Source: a virus
Lineage: Duplodnaviria > Caudoviricetes
Virus record (IMG/VR): IMGVR_UViG_3300009183_000101
Span: 1 to 61,560 of that record
Direction: 5' to 3' (one strand)
Length of the DNA: 61,560 nucleotides
Part shown: positions 38,366 through 48,289 of the stretch, piece after piece
Layout of the letters: the number at the start of each line of letters is the position of its first letter
Numbering within the stretch: the first letter of the stretch is position 1
Notes under the pieces: model-generated
The model's input: the letters and a program-made list of their open reading frames with translations, nothing else
Told to the model about the DNA's origin: nothing
Database searches by the model: none
Program-made: the position numbers and the translations under genes

Positions 38366-39709
38366 TTAATCTAATAATTGTAATATGTTTAAGTCGCTTA
38401 TGTACGTAGCCAATTCAAGTCTCTTTGATTCATCAGTTTCTAAATCTAAAAGCATATTTAACGCTCCAATGTACTCTTCTAAATTACCCTCTTCTTTGTT
38501 TTCTGATTTAGGTACATATTTTTCTAAATATTTAAATGGAACAGGAATAGTAACTCCATTGCCACCCCCAAAATCTATATATGCTTCTTTTTGACTATAA
38601 TCAATAGATTTAATATTACCAACATATCCTATAGGATACAATGCATCATTATAACTAAAAGGCATTTTTAATTTTATTGTATCGTTCAAATAAAATGTCA
38701 AAATTTCTCTTGGTGCTTCTTCAATAATTCTAATCTTTTTAAATGGAATGTAATATAAAAAATCGGGTACTCTTTCAGAATTCATATATGCATCCACATA
38801 AGTATTCGGTGGATAATAATCTTGTGCAAAAACACCCGTGTCCCCTTTTTTCAATGTACCATCATCTTCCATTAATTCAAATTCAGTTCCTTGAGGAATC
38901 ATAACTTGTGGTTCTTTTGGATTTTCTGCTTTTGGTTGACTCGCTCCTCCCCAATATTTGCTTAAAACATCACACGCTTTTTGTGGAATAGTATCATCGG
39001 GCATAGTAGTCCATCTTTGGAATGTTCCACTTTTGTATCCCCACATAAACCCTGCTTCTAACATATCGGCTTTAATTTCAGCCCATTGTTCTTTATTCTG
39101 CTTTGTATCTTTGTCCTTAACTACGTTATAAAGATATTTTTCTTTTGGTTTACCTACATATATTTTCCATCCATTACCACAATCTAAAACTAAATCAAGG
39201 TTATCAGTAGGGCTATATTTACCACCTTTACGTTGATATTCTTTTTTCGTAGTTTTAGGCATATCCTCGTAATTTGGAGGTGTCATATCATATTCTTTAG
39301 AATCATAAGGAGGTTTATTATCAACGTTTATATATGGTGAATCATTTTCAATTTTAGTTCCATCTATTAAAGTTGCGTTGACATTTTTACCATAAAAATT
39401 ACCATCGGGGTCACCACTACTATAATCAATATATTTTCCAAATCTATCTGCAAATTCCTTTATATCCAAAAACCACTCTCTTGGCACATTCCATAAATAA
39501 ACACTTATTCTTGAGCCCATAGAATATTTACTTGATTTAGCCCAAACTTTTATGTCGCCATACTTATTTTTAATGTATTGTTTTATGATTTGAGCAATAC
39601 CTGTTGTATCAATATATATTGAAACATCATAAGGAGTTCTATACTCATATACATCAATATTTTTGTAAGTTTCCCCAAAAACGATAATATCTTTTTTAAT
39701 TTTTGCCAT
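38366..39709 (-). CDS. polyvalent protein with LPD29-like N-terminal domain
   Basis: AQIIKQYIK.KY..IKVW..SSKYSMGS.ISVY; SH3-like C-terminal repeats. Confidence 0.6.
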   Translation of the reverse strand: MAKIKKDIIVFGETYKNIDVYEYRTPYDVSIYIDTTGIAQIIKQYIKNKYGDIKVWAKSSKYSMGSRISVYLWNVPREWFLDIKEFADRFGKYIDYSSGDPDGNFYGKNVNATLIDGTKIENDSPYINVDNKPPYDSKEYDMTPPNYEDMPKTTKKEYQRKGGKYSPTDNLDLVLDCGNGWKIYVGKPKEKYLYNVVKDKDTKQNKEQWAEIKADMLEAGFMWGYKSGTFQRWTTMPDDTIPQKACDVLSKYWGGASQPKAENPKEPQVMIPQGTEFELMEDDGTLKKGDTGVFAQDYYPPNTYVDAYMNSERVPDFLYYIPFKKIRIIEEAPREILTFYLNDTIKLKMPFSYNDALYPIGYVGNIKSIDYSQKEAYIDFGGGNGVTIPVPFKYLEKYVPKSENKEEGNLEEYIGALNMLLDLETDESKRLELATYISDLNILQLLD

Positions 39710-42612
39710 TAACAATATCCTCCTTCTTTCATTTTTCTCATTAGGTTGTGCCCGTAAGAAGTTTTATGGTTTTTCATTCCTTGTTTTTTATTATAAGTTG
39801 AATTTATTTTATTCATAATTTGATAATCTTCCATTGTTTCGCCCCCAAATTTATACATTTTACCCGAACAATTACATTGGTTAACTTCCCCACCATCTTC
39901 AAATTTAACACCTCCACCACTTTCATTTATCTTTGATAAGATTTGCTTATTTGTAAGCATCTCTCCTTCAAACTCGTATAATTCATCATCTTCAACGGCT
40001 TTTTTAGTAATAATAACTTCTCCACCTTCTACTTCTATTGGTGAATTGGTCGTTGAATTCCATGCTTTTATACCACCTTCAGCGTGACTTTTACCTTCAA
40101 AATATCCACCTCTTTTGCCACTATTAGTCAGTCCATGCTCGGTTAATACCGAACCACCTTCGGCAAATTTTGGTGTTGTTTTTTGTATCCCTAAAAGGTG
40201 TTCATATCTATCCATTTTTGTTTTGCCTCCTTCGGCATATTTATTGTCACTTGACAACATTTTTTCAACTTTGTTTTTTTGTCTTTGAACTCTATTTTTC
40301 AAATCATAAAGCCCATAAGGTGCTTTTATATTATTTGCGTTTAACCTTTTTGAAATCCAAGTTGATTCTAAATCCTCAATAGTATTTTTTGTCGGTTTAT
40401 ATTTGTTTTCATCTAAATTATCCAAATCCTTGAATAAAATATATTGATTATATGGCAAATCTTGAGGTCTAACCACATCTCCCATAGAAAAATAAATTCT
40501 ATTACTCTCTTTCTCTATTGTTTTTTGTATAACTAAAGGTAATTCATTTAATTTAGCAATTTTTATTGTTGGTTTTTTAATATTTTCAAATTCTCTTTTT
40601 GCCTCATCATATTGCTTTTGTTGTGCTTCTAAAATCGCTAATTTCATTTGTTGTTTAGCCAAAGTTTTAGAAGCCGTTGCTAAATTACCAAAAACTTTTT
40701 TAGTATCTTTATCTACAAAACCCATAATAGACAAAACACTCTCACTACTAACCGATTTTTTACTACCATCGGGCATTTCTATATCAAAAACGTGAACTAA
40801 ATCTCTTCCTGTTTCTGCACTTTCTTCTGCTTGAGCCCAATCCGAAACTCTTTTACCATATTCTTCTCCTTCTTTATTAAAAGAACTTTCAATAGTATAT
40901 TTCCATTGATAAGCAACAAGTTTTGTTCCATTTTTCCCCAATAAAGGAGGGTCAAAAACAATAGTATCACTCGGTTTAAATCTTGAACTACTACTAATTA
41001 TTTTATCAAAATTTACCTCCCCACCTTCGGCATATCTTATATCGTTATTTTCACTATCAAAGGTTGTATTTGTTCCGTCTGCAAGTTTTATTTGATTAGG
41101 GGAAAGTACAATAAATGATTTACCATCACCTTCGTATTTATTATTATAAATAAATCCAACTGAATCCCCATATTTTGATTTTATATATTCTCGAATTTTT
41201 ACATTATCTTCTCTATAATAAGCACTTAAAAACCCTTTTTCTTTGGCAATTTTTTCATCAATTATGTTGTCTGAAATTAACATATCAATATATCTTTGAG
41301 GGTATTCCCATTCTCCAATATCACTTACTTCAAACAAAGGTTTTATGTTTAAAAAATAAGAACTTACATAAGATTTAAACCCCTCTATAAAAAATTTTGT
41401 TGTAGAGCGATTTTTTGCTTGTTCTTTTGTCCCAAAATGGAAACCTAAATCGGCTTTTTCTAAATCAAATGTGTAAAATGGCTCTTTTGCATAAGTCCCG
41501 TGATAAACTACTAAAGGTTCTCCATTTTCGTCTACAACTTGACTTGCGTTTTTAGGGTCATTTTCCCAATCGCCAAACCATTTTTTAAATTCGGGGGTAC
41601 GAACAAGTTTATATTGTTCGGGAGTTAAATTACTTTTCTTGCCATTAGGAGCAATTAACCCACCTTTATCATAACGTATATCGTTATTTAAAGCACTAAA
41701 TTCAGTATTCCTACCATCGGCAAGTTTAACTTGGTTAGGTTCAAATATTGTAACGGCTCTTGTAAATTCATCTGCTTTCGTTATATCTGCATCTTCTCTA
41801 ATCTCTTCAACATACATAACCCCATCATAGCCTAATGATTGCAAAAAACTTTTGAATTCGCCTTTTCTATCTCTTGACATTAATTTCCAAAATTGAATAT
41901 CGTCAAAAAAATTATCAAACACATAATCTTTTACATACTTGTATTTATTATCTTTAGCGAATTGTTCTATTTGAGACGCATCCAAATTATTTTTTACCCC
42001 ATAATCGATAAATATTTCTGATAAAAAAGCGTATCCTTTATCAAGTTTATAATTAATATAAATATAAGGATTTTTTAAGCAAGTAAAAACGCTATACAAT
42101 GTTTTGCCTTGACTAAATTGTTCACTATATGATTTATTGAGTGCAAAATAAGAATATGGTCTTCCCAAATCTCTAACATCGGTTTTAAATTCAAAAAACT
42201 CTTCTGATTTAGTTCCGTGCCAATATGCTTGAGGTTCTAAAGTATCGTAATCAATTGTGTATGAAACATCTTTGATTTTGTATTCATGAAAATAAAAAGA
42301 TAATATAATTTGATTCCTTGAAAGATTTCCTTTGCTTTTATCATTTTGCCAAAAAGATTTTAAAAGTGTTTTTTCAACTTGACTAAATGGAGTTTCTTTT
42401 GCTCTATCTTGAACAACTTTATTAGCAAAATTTTCCCAATCTCCAAACCATTCTTTAAATGCTTTAGTTCTAACTAATAACTGTTGAATATAAGTCAATT
42501 TTGATGGAGCACCCGTTGGTGTATCTATTTTAAATAAAATAGAAGTTTCTCCACCTAACGCCATTTTTTTTATAGCGTTTTCATATTCTAAATCGTAATC
42601 AATATTTTGCAT
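39709..42612 (-). CDS. large polyvalent protein with two ADP-ribosyltransferase-like (ART-PolyVal) domains and xxGG linkers
   Basis: Two copies of VRT..FK.WFGDWE..HGT..PNQ.KLADG.N..F...NNDIRY; about 8 GG linkers. Confidence 0.8.
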   Translation of the reverse strand: MQNIDYDLEYENAIKKMALGGETSILFKIDTPTGAPSKLTYIQQLLVRTKAFKEWFGDWENFANKVVQDRAKETPFSQVEKTLLKSFWQNDKSKGNLSRNQIILSFYFHEYKIKDVSYTIDYDTLEPQAYWHGTKSEEFFEFKTDVRDLGRPYSYFALNKSYSEQFSQGKTLYSVFTCLKNPYIYINYKLDKGYAFLSEIFIDYGVKNNLDASQIEQFAKDNKYKYVKDYVFDNFFDDIQFWKLMSRDRKGEFKSFLQSLGYDGVMYVEEIREDADITKADEFTRAVTIFEPNQVKLADGRNTEFSALNNDIRYDKGGLIAPNGKKSNLTPEQYKLVRTPEFKKWFGDWENDPKNASQVVDENGEPLVVYHGTYAKEPFYTFDLEKADLGFHFGTKEQAKNRSTTKFFIEGFKSYVSSYFLNIKPLFEVSDIGEWEYPQRYIDMLISDNIIDEKIAKEKGFLSAYYREDNVKIREYIKSKYGDSVGFIYNNKYEGDGKSFIVLSPNQIKLADGTNTTFDSENNDIRYAEGGEVNFDKIISSSSRFKPSDTIVFDPPLLGKNGTKLVAYQWKYTIESSFNKEGEEYGKRVSDWAQAEESAETGRDLVHVFDIEMPDGSKKSVSSESVLSIMGFVDKDTKKVFGNLATASKTLAKQQMKLAILEAQQKQYDEAKREFENIKKPTIKIAKLNELPLVIQKTIEKESNRIYFSMGDVVRPQDLPYNQYILFKDLDNLDENKYKPTKNTIEDLESTWISKRLNANNIKAPYGLYDLKNRVQRQKNKVEKMLSSDNKYAEGGKTKMDRYEHLLGIQKTTPKFAEGGSVLTEHGLTNSGKRGGYFEGKSHAEGGIKAWNSTTNSPIEVEGGEVIITKKAVEDDELYEFEGEMLTNKQILSKINESGGGVKFEDGGEVNQCNCSGKMYKFGGETMEDYQIMNKINSTYNKKQGMKNHKTSYGHNLMRKMKEGGYC

Positions 42613-42906
42613 AAAACATTACAAATATAACAATAAGATATTAAATTCTATTTTTAAGCAATTTACAAGTTAATCAAGGTCAATAAAAATTGAGTTTTAA
42701 ATCATTTTGACATCATATCCGAATAATTGATAAAAATATTAGAAAAAAACTTTGTAAAATTAGTGTAAAATAGGGATAAAATTTTATAAGATAATTTGAT
42801 ATTTTATTTTTATATTTATAAATACCAATAACTTACTTAATAAATAATTCTAAAATATTCCAATCCATAATTTTGTATGTTTAACTAATATTATATTTGT
42901 AACACT

Positions 42907-43011
42907 ATGGGAGATTTCTTAAATATTAATTCAGACAAATTTTTAGGTGGTAACAACGTTCACAACCTAATTATTATCGGTGCACTCGCTTACATTATTT
43001 ACAAGAAGTAA
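42907..43011 (+). CDS. 34-aa stand-alone membrane peptide (not in ORF track)
   Basis: MGDFLNINSDKFLGGNNVHNLIIIGALAYIIYKK; TATATTTG promoter at 42892-42899; own terminator. Confidence 0.7.
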   Translation: MGDFLNINSDKFLGGNNVHNLIIIGALAYIIYKK

Positions 43012-43046
43012 TTCTTGCAAATAGTTAATCTGTGTTAACTGAATGG

Positions 43047-43080
43047 AAAGGGTGCGACAACGAGTTGTCGCCTTTTTTTT
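43047..43080 (+). terminator. intrinsic terminator
   Basis: GCGACAA-CGAG-TTGTCGC followed by T8. Confidence 0.8.
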
Positions 43081-43104
43081 GCCCTTAACTTTTTAAAATT
43101 ACAA

Positions 43105-44394
43105 TTACATCAACTTTTTTATTTGTTGTTTAAATTGTTCTGCAATTTTATCCCAATCGTATTCCTCAAATTTGTGTTTGTACTTATTTGGGCTAAATGG
43201 TTTATTTCTATTTTCAAATGCTTTTATCATTTGGTCTTTTACTGCAATTGGATTTAACTTAAATCGAATATTTTCAGCATCCGATATTTGAAAATGCTCT
43301 ACTAAATCCGTAACTCCATAAACTAACTTTCCATAATCAGTAATCTCATTAATAGAAGTATGTAATCCACAAATGATTGGTAATCCTGCTCCCATGGCTT
43401 CAACTATAGTTAATCCCCAACCTTCAGCCATAGTTGTATTTATAAATACGTCAAAACAATTAAAAACCTCATTCATCTCTTGAGTAGTGTATTTATTGTT
43501 TACATATTTATCTTCAATAGGAAGTATTACATCTTCTCCAATGATTAGCCCAAGTCTTTCGAGGGCTACATTCAAATTAATTCCTGTATTATCAGAATGA
43601 TAACAATGCAAATATAAAACACTTTTCTTGTTAGGGTAATTCTCTTTTAACCATTCATTAAAGTGCTTAAAAGCAATAAGGGTAGTTCCTATATCCTTTC
43701 GAGGTTGATTCTTGTTTACGTTGCCCCAAATGAATGCATTTTCGGGAATATTGTACTTTTTACGCAACTCACTTTTATTCGACAATGGCTTGAAGTTTTT
43801 TCTATCAATACCATGGTTAATAATTTCCACATTTATTTTTTTATTTGGACTTACTATTTTGTAAGCATCAAGAATTTCTTTTTTACCATATTTTGTATAT
43901 GTAATAAGCGTATCAAAAAACTCTAAATATTTAAAATATTTTGCATAAGGTTGCGAGTCAATTGGCGTGTAAAATAAGGTCTTGAAAGGCTTTTTATTTT
44001 TAAAAATTTTGTCTTCATTTAATGCTTTTAAATGACGACACATTGGACTAATAACAGGAATATCATTCATAGGAAAAAACAAATCATAGTCTCCTATTTG
44101 CAAAACCTTTAAAATACCATCTCGCCAAAAAAAATCATCTTTATTCTTTCCAAATAACTTAGGATTGAGCACCATTATTTGCTCATTGTACTTATAATGA
44201 GGGTTGTCTGCGTAATTTAAAGCACATACATCTACCTCTATGTTCATTTTTTTAAACCAAGGCGTTAATCTATCTAAAATATTATGTGCTACAGTACCAA
44301 ATCCCGTAGGGCACATAAAATCCATGTAGCACAATATTCTTTTAGTGTCTTTTTTGTCCAATTCTTTCATCATATTTTTTAAAAATTTCGTCAA
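43105..44394 (-). CDS. GT4-family glycosyltransferase
   Basis: PTGFG, HGID, N..RK, EGWGLTIVEAM..G.P. Confidence 0.9.
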   Translation of the reverse strand: MTKFLKNMMKELDKKDTKRILCYMDFMCPTGFGTVAHNILDRLTPWFKKMNIEVDVCALNYADNPHYKYNEQIMVLNPKLFGKNKDDFFWRDGILKVLQIGDYDLFFPMNDIPVISPMCRHLKALNEDKIFKNKKPFKTLFYTPIDSQPYAKYFKYLEFFDTLITYTKYGKKEILDAYKIVSPNKKINVEIINHGIDRKNFKPLSNKSELRKKYNIPENAFIWGNVNKNQPRKDIGTTLIAFKHFNEWLKENYPNKKSVLYLHCYHSDNTGINLNVALERLGLIIGEDVILPIEDKYVNNKYTTQEMNEVFNCFDVFINTTMAEGWGLTIVEAMGAGLPIICGLHTSINEITDYGKLVYGVTDLVEHFQISDAENIRFKLNPIAVKDQMIKAFENRNKPFSPNKYKHKFEEYDWDKIAEQFKQQIKKLM

Positions 44395-44495
44395 TAGTTG
44401 TTTCGTTCAAACGTGCGTATTCATTAAGGGAGGCAACACTTTTATTTTTTAAATTTTCGCCAATGGTTGCACCCCTTGAACAAATGATTAAACGC

Positions 44496-44813
44496 TTAAC
44501 TTCTTTGAAGTTCAAGTTTAGGTTTTTCTTCATACTTTCCAACTAAAAATTTCATTGCTTGTATTTCACAAGTCTGAATAGCCACAACGTTATCACCTTC
44601 TTTTGCAAGTTGCAATTTTGTGCAGTTAGTACTACACAACTCATAAGCCATAACTATTTGATTAGCCATATTCTGAGTAGGTATCGGGGCACACTTGTGA
44701 CACTTAGTATTTAATCCATCTTTTACTAAAACTTTCGCCCCCTTAACTTGAGGGTGGTCGCTAATTGAATATTGATGAAAATATTCTAATTTATTTTTTT
44801 CTTGTTCACTCAT
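44496..44813 (-). CDS. Cys-containing hypothetical protein
   Basis: ORF with promoter 4 nt upstream. Confidence 0.65.
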   Translation of the reverse strand: MSEQEKNKLEYFHQYSISDHPQVKGAKVLVKDGLNTKCHKCAPIPTQNMANQIVMAYELCSTNCTKLQLAKEGDNVVAIQTCEIQAMKFLVGKYEEKPKLELQRS

Positions 44814-44846
44814 AGTGCAAATATAATTTTATTTTAGAGAATAATA

Positions 44847-45569
44847 TTATTCGTTCAAAAAATAATTAAACTTTTGACTATATTTTTCTTCACCCACATA
44901 GTGAATATAATCAATAATATTTCGTTGAAATAACTCTGCTAAAACATTGACATCCAATGCTAAAGCCATTGCCAAAGGACTACTTTGATTGCCAATAAAA
45001 TAACCACTTGTTTTGATGTTTTTAAGCCAATCTTCAATAGTTAAAGGTGTTACTAATTTACAGTAATGCTTTAAATCAAAAAGTTCATAGTCGTGTTTTG
45101 AACCTAAAAAAACAACTTTTTCAAATTGTTCTATATACTTCAAATAAATATTTTTTGCATTATCGGTCATAGGTGTTTTATAACGTCTTGCAATAACCAA
45201 AGTATTTTGTTTTATTTTTGGGTTATGGTAATCGAGCCAAGCCCCTGTGAGTATTGAGGTATTGAATGTTCCGTTAAAAATTTCTCTCCAACAATTTTTA
45301 TATAACAAATTAGAGCGTCTGAATAGAGTAGTATTGGCTTCTATCGGCTCACCATCCCAAATTTTAAAATCTTCACAAAAAGATTGCATTTTAATAAAAT
45401 CATACAATTCCATGTAAGTATTTTGCAAACCATTTTCAAAAGGCTCAACGCTATCGGTCATATAAATTACAGACTTCTTATTAAAGTGCTTAAATAAAAC
45501 CTTGCAAACGTATAAAGAATGAATTAAATCCCCCAATTTGCCACTTATAAGTACACTAACTTTTTCCAT
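44847..45569 (-). CDS. GT9-like glycosyltransferase
   Basis: GKLGDLI N-terminus; FIGNQSSPLAMA.A. Confidence 0.65.
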   Translation of the reverse strand: MEKVSVLISGKLGDLIHSLYVCKVLFKHFNKKSVIYMTDSVEPFENGLQNTYMELYDFIKMQSFCEDFKIWDGEPIEANTTLFRRSNLLYKNCWREIFNGTFNTSILTGAWLDYHNPKIKQNTLVIARRYKTPMTDNAKNIYLKYIEQFEKVVFLGSKHDYELFDLKHYCKLVTPLTIEDWLKNIKTSGYFIGNQSSPLAMALALDVNVLAELFQRNIIDYIHYVGEEKYSQKFNYFLNE

Positions 45570-45810
45570 ACATTTTAGTGCTTCCTTGGTCGTATAATTT
45601 TTGTTTCTCGCCTTGTGAAATAAAATTCATTTCTTCGTCAATGGCTTGAATTAAATCATTGCGTTGCTGATTGGCAATATTTGTTTTTCTTGTAGCGTCT
45701 GAAATTTGTTTGTCAGTTGCACATGAGTCACGTTTAATATCTTCTGCCATCCAAATTTTTATATTGACAATAGAAAGTTCGTCAATTAGTTGTCCAATTG
45801 TTTTTTTCAT
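45556..45810 (-). CDS. DUF4254-like helical protein
   Basis: IG.LID.LSI..IKIW..ED..N..RN.LI..ID. Confidence 0.55.
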   Translation of the reverse strand: MKKTIGQLIDELSIVNIKIWMAEDIKRDSCATDKQISDATRKTNIANQQRNDLIQAIDEEMNFISQGEKQKLYDQGSTKMYGKS

Positions 45811-46430
45811 AATCTTCCATACATATAATTATATTCTATACAATGAACTAAAGCATATCCTTTAGATAACATAAATTCATTATATTTTTCATCGTATAAA
45901 TAATTTTCCAACAAAATAGCATCGGGTCGAAATTTTTCCATATCTAAACTTTTTAATACTTCTAATTCATAACCTTCTGTATCAATACTTAAAAAATCTA
46001 TTTTATCTACTTTAGCACATTTAACTAATATATCTGTCAATGTTTTAGTTTCAACTTTTATCTTTACAATATTTGTTGGCATTGAATGTTTTTCAATATA
46101 TCCTTCATGAATTTTTAAAGACGAAAATGATTCAAAACTCATGTCACTTCCTTCACCATAATAATTTACTAAATAAAAATCAACATTTTTTTTGTTTTTT
46201 TTGTCTACTGCAAATTCATAAATTTCATTTCCTACTTCACGATGCTTTTCGGCAAAAATAGGATTAGGTTCAACTCCTATACATCTCCATCCATTTTCTC
46301 TAAATAATTTTGACATAGAGTAAATATTTGGGTCGGCACAACCCACTTCAACCATAATACCCACTTTATTTGGAAAATAAGTAGTTAAAATAATATGGTC
46401 TGTTTCAAATTCAGCGTATGTTTTTTTCAT
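45807..46430 (-). CDS. FkbM-family methyltransferase
   Basis: VEVGCAD, GVEPNP, IDFLSIDTEG.E. Confidence 0.85.
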   Translation of the reverse strand: MKKTYAEFETDHIILTTYFPNKVGIMVEVGCADPNIYSMSKLFRENGWRCIGVEPNPIFAEKHREVGNEIYEFAVDKKNKKNVDFYLVNYYGEGSDMSFESFSSLKIHEGYIEKHSMPTNIVKIKVETKTLTDILVKCAKVDKIDFLSIDTEGYELEVLKSLDMEKFRPDAILLENYLYDEKYNEFMLSKGYALVHCIEYNYMYGRL

Positions 46431-47668
46431 AAATATATAGTTTCGTCTTTAGTAATAATGTGTGGATGTGGGCACGGAACTAAAAATATTCCTCCATTTT
46501 GTAGGTAATCTTTTTCTCGCTCTACAAAATAGTCAATAAATTGAAAGGGGAATACAATAGTAATATCGGGTTTATTCTCCCTCCATTCATCTTCGTTACA
46601 AATTTCAATTCCACTACCTTTCGTAAATTTGCCAAATTTTTCTTCATTGGCTTCAGCAATTTTATAAATATCATTGAAGTTTAATTCATAGTATTGTAAC
46701 AAAGTATTTGCTTTCGTTGATGCTCCGTAACCCCATATAGTATTGCCATCTACGTTTGCTTTCCTAATATAATCTATAAACTTCATTCTATTTATATGCA
46801 TATTTCTTTTGAACCTATCCCATCCAAATAAAGGGTTGTTTTCGTACATTGAAATTGCATCAATATTTACTTCCCCAATTATTTTTTGAGCAGGAGTCAA
46901 AAAACGAGGAGGTTGTTTTGATTTGTTTCTTTTTGTGCAGTAAATTCTTATAGAACCACCATTTACATCATTTAATTCTACATTAAAAATAGACAACTCT
47001 GATTCATTTGTTAATAATTGCAATACATTGCTAAATTCGTGGTAAGCATAATGCTCGTGGCAAATATTCATAAAATCCCCCATCAATAACATAGTTGGGG
47101 TGTATGTAAATTGAAATACAAAAATTCCATTCTCATCTAAACAACTACAAACATCTTTTAAAAACTTAATTGGCTCTTGTAAGTCGTAAAACATTGCACA
47201 ACAAGTAATTACTTTTGCCTTGCGTTCTACTTGATTAAAATATTTTTCAGCAGTAAAGTAATCATTTATAAACGTATCAGTATTAGATTCGCCTATTTGA
47301 GCAATAGTTCCTTTAACGGGGTCGCATCCAACTTTATGATATTTATAATTTACATTTTTAAGCATCGTACCATCATTAGATGCAATATCCAACCATACAT
47401 CTCCTTCTTGTGGCACAATCAGTTCATCAATAGCCTGTACTACTTTTTGCAAATCTTTTACCATTTTTCCATTGATACCACTTTGATACCAATATTTCCC
47501 CCACATCAAATCAAATGGTGGTTGTTTGCTCAAAACGGGGCAACCCATTTTTTCATTCCAAATCAATTTTAAAGGATATTTCTCGCCTTCAAATGATTCT
47601 TCAAATGTATCTACAAAAGCACTAACATAGTGACTCCCTAAATCTAATACTACTTCTCCGTTTTTCAT
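46427..47668 (-). CDS. NDP-sugar C-methyltransferase-like protein
   Basis: LDIASNDG.ML, ICHEH..Y, VNGGSIR, GYGASTK.NTLLQY. Confidence 0.85.
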   Translation of the reverse strand: MKNGEVVLDLGSHYVSAFVDTFEESFEGEKYPLKLIWNEKMGCPVLSKQPPFDLMWGKYWYQSGINGKMVKDLQKVVQAIDELIVPQEGDVWLDIASNDGTMLKNVNYKYHKVGCDPVKGTIAQIGESNTDTFINDYFTAEKYFNQVERKAKVITCCAMFYDLQEPIKFLKDVCSCLDENGIFVFQFTYTPTMLLMGDFMNICHEHYAYHEFSNVLQLLTNESELSIFNVELNDVNGGSIRIYCTKRNKSKQPPRFLTPAQKIIGEVNIDAISMYENNPLFGWDRFKRNMHINRMKFIDYIRKANVDGNTIWGYGASTKANTLLQYYELNFNDIYKIAEANEEKFGKFTKGSGIEICNEDEWRENKPDITIVFPFQFIDYFVEREKDYLQNGGIFLVPCPHPHIITKDETIYL

Positions 47669-48288
47669 TTTATTGTATAAAAATCATTTACTACGTTTCT
47701 TAAAATTCTTTGGTATCCCACACTTTCCATGTAATCTAAATAATGATTATCGTCATAATTATTTTCCAAAACAACTATTTTCGGCATCCATTTTTGAATA
47801 TCAAATCCCTTCATAACATCTATCTCAGTACCTTCAGTATCAATTGATAAGAAATCAATCTTGTCAATAGCAGGATACTTTTTTAGAATAGTATTCAAAC
47901 TCATCATTGGGACATTTATTTTTTTTACTTCGGGTTGCAAAAACAAATGGTCATTGTACAACCTTTGGTCTATTTGCAAACCACTAATAGCCGTTTGGTT
48001 TCCACCTTGAGCCATTAAAGTAACTACGTTAAATTCTACTTCTAACTTGTCTTCGCTACCAACTGCACAATGTATCGCATTGTGTCGGTTCATTTTTAAA
48101 CTTTCGTACATATCGGGATTTGCTTCGCAACAAATACACATCCACCCTTGTTGTTCAAAGTGATATGAGTTGCTCATTCCAATTCCATCTGTTGCACCTA
48201 CGTCAATACAAACTCCCTTGTATCCCGTTTCGAAGAAATCTTGCAAGATTTTATCTTCGCCAAATTGACTATAACTATGAATATTCAT
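47665..48288 (-). CDS. FkbM-family methyltransferase
   Basis: YSQFGED, IDVGATDG..SN, IDFLSIDTEG. Confidence 0.85.
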   Translation of the reverse strand: MNIHSYSQFGEDKILQDFFETGYKGVCIDVGATDGIGMSNSYHFEQQGWMCICCEANPDMYESLKMNRHNAIHCAVGSEDKLEVEFNVVTLMAQGGNQTAISGLQIDQRLYNDHLFLQPEVKKINVPMMSLNTILKKYPAIDKIDFLSIDTEGTEIDVMKGFDIQKWMPKIVVLENNYDDNHYLDYMESVGYQRILRNVVNDFYTIK

Positions 48289-48289
48289 T

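Noticed and set aside
44342-44542. 66-aa ORF between the GT4 gene and 44496
   Set aside because: Overlaps both neighbours and has an unclear start; cannot support it
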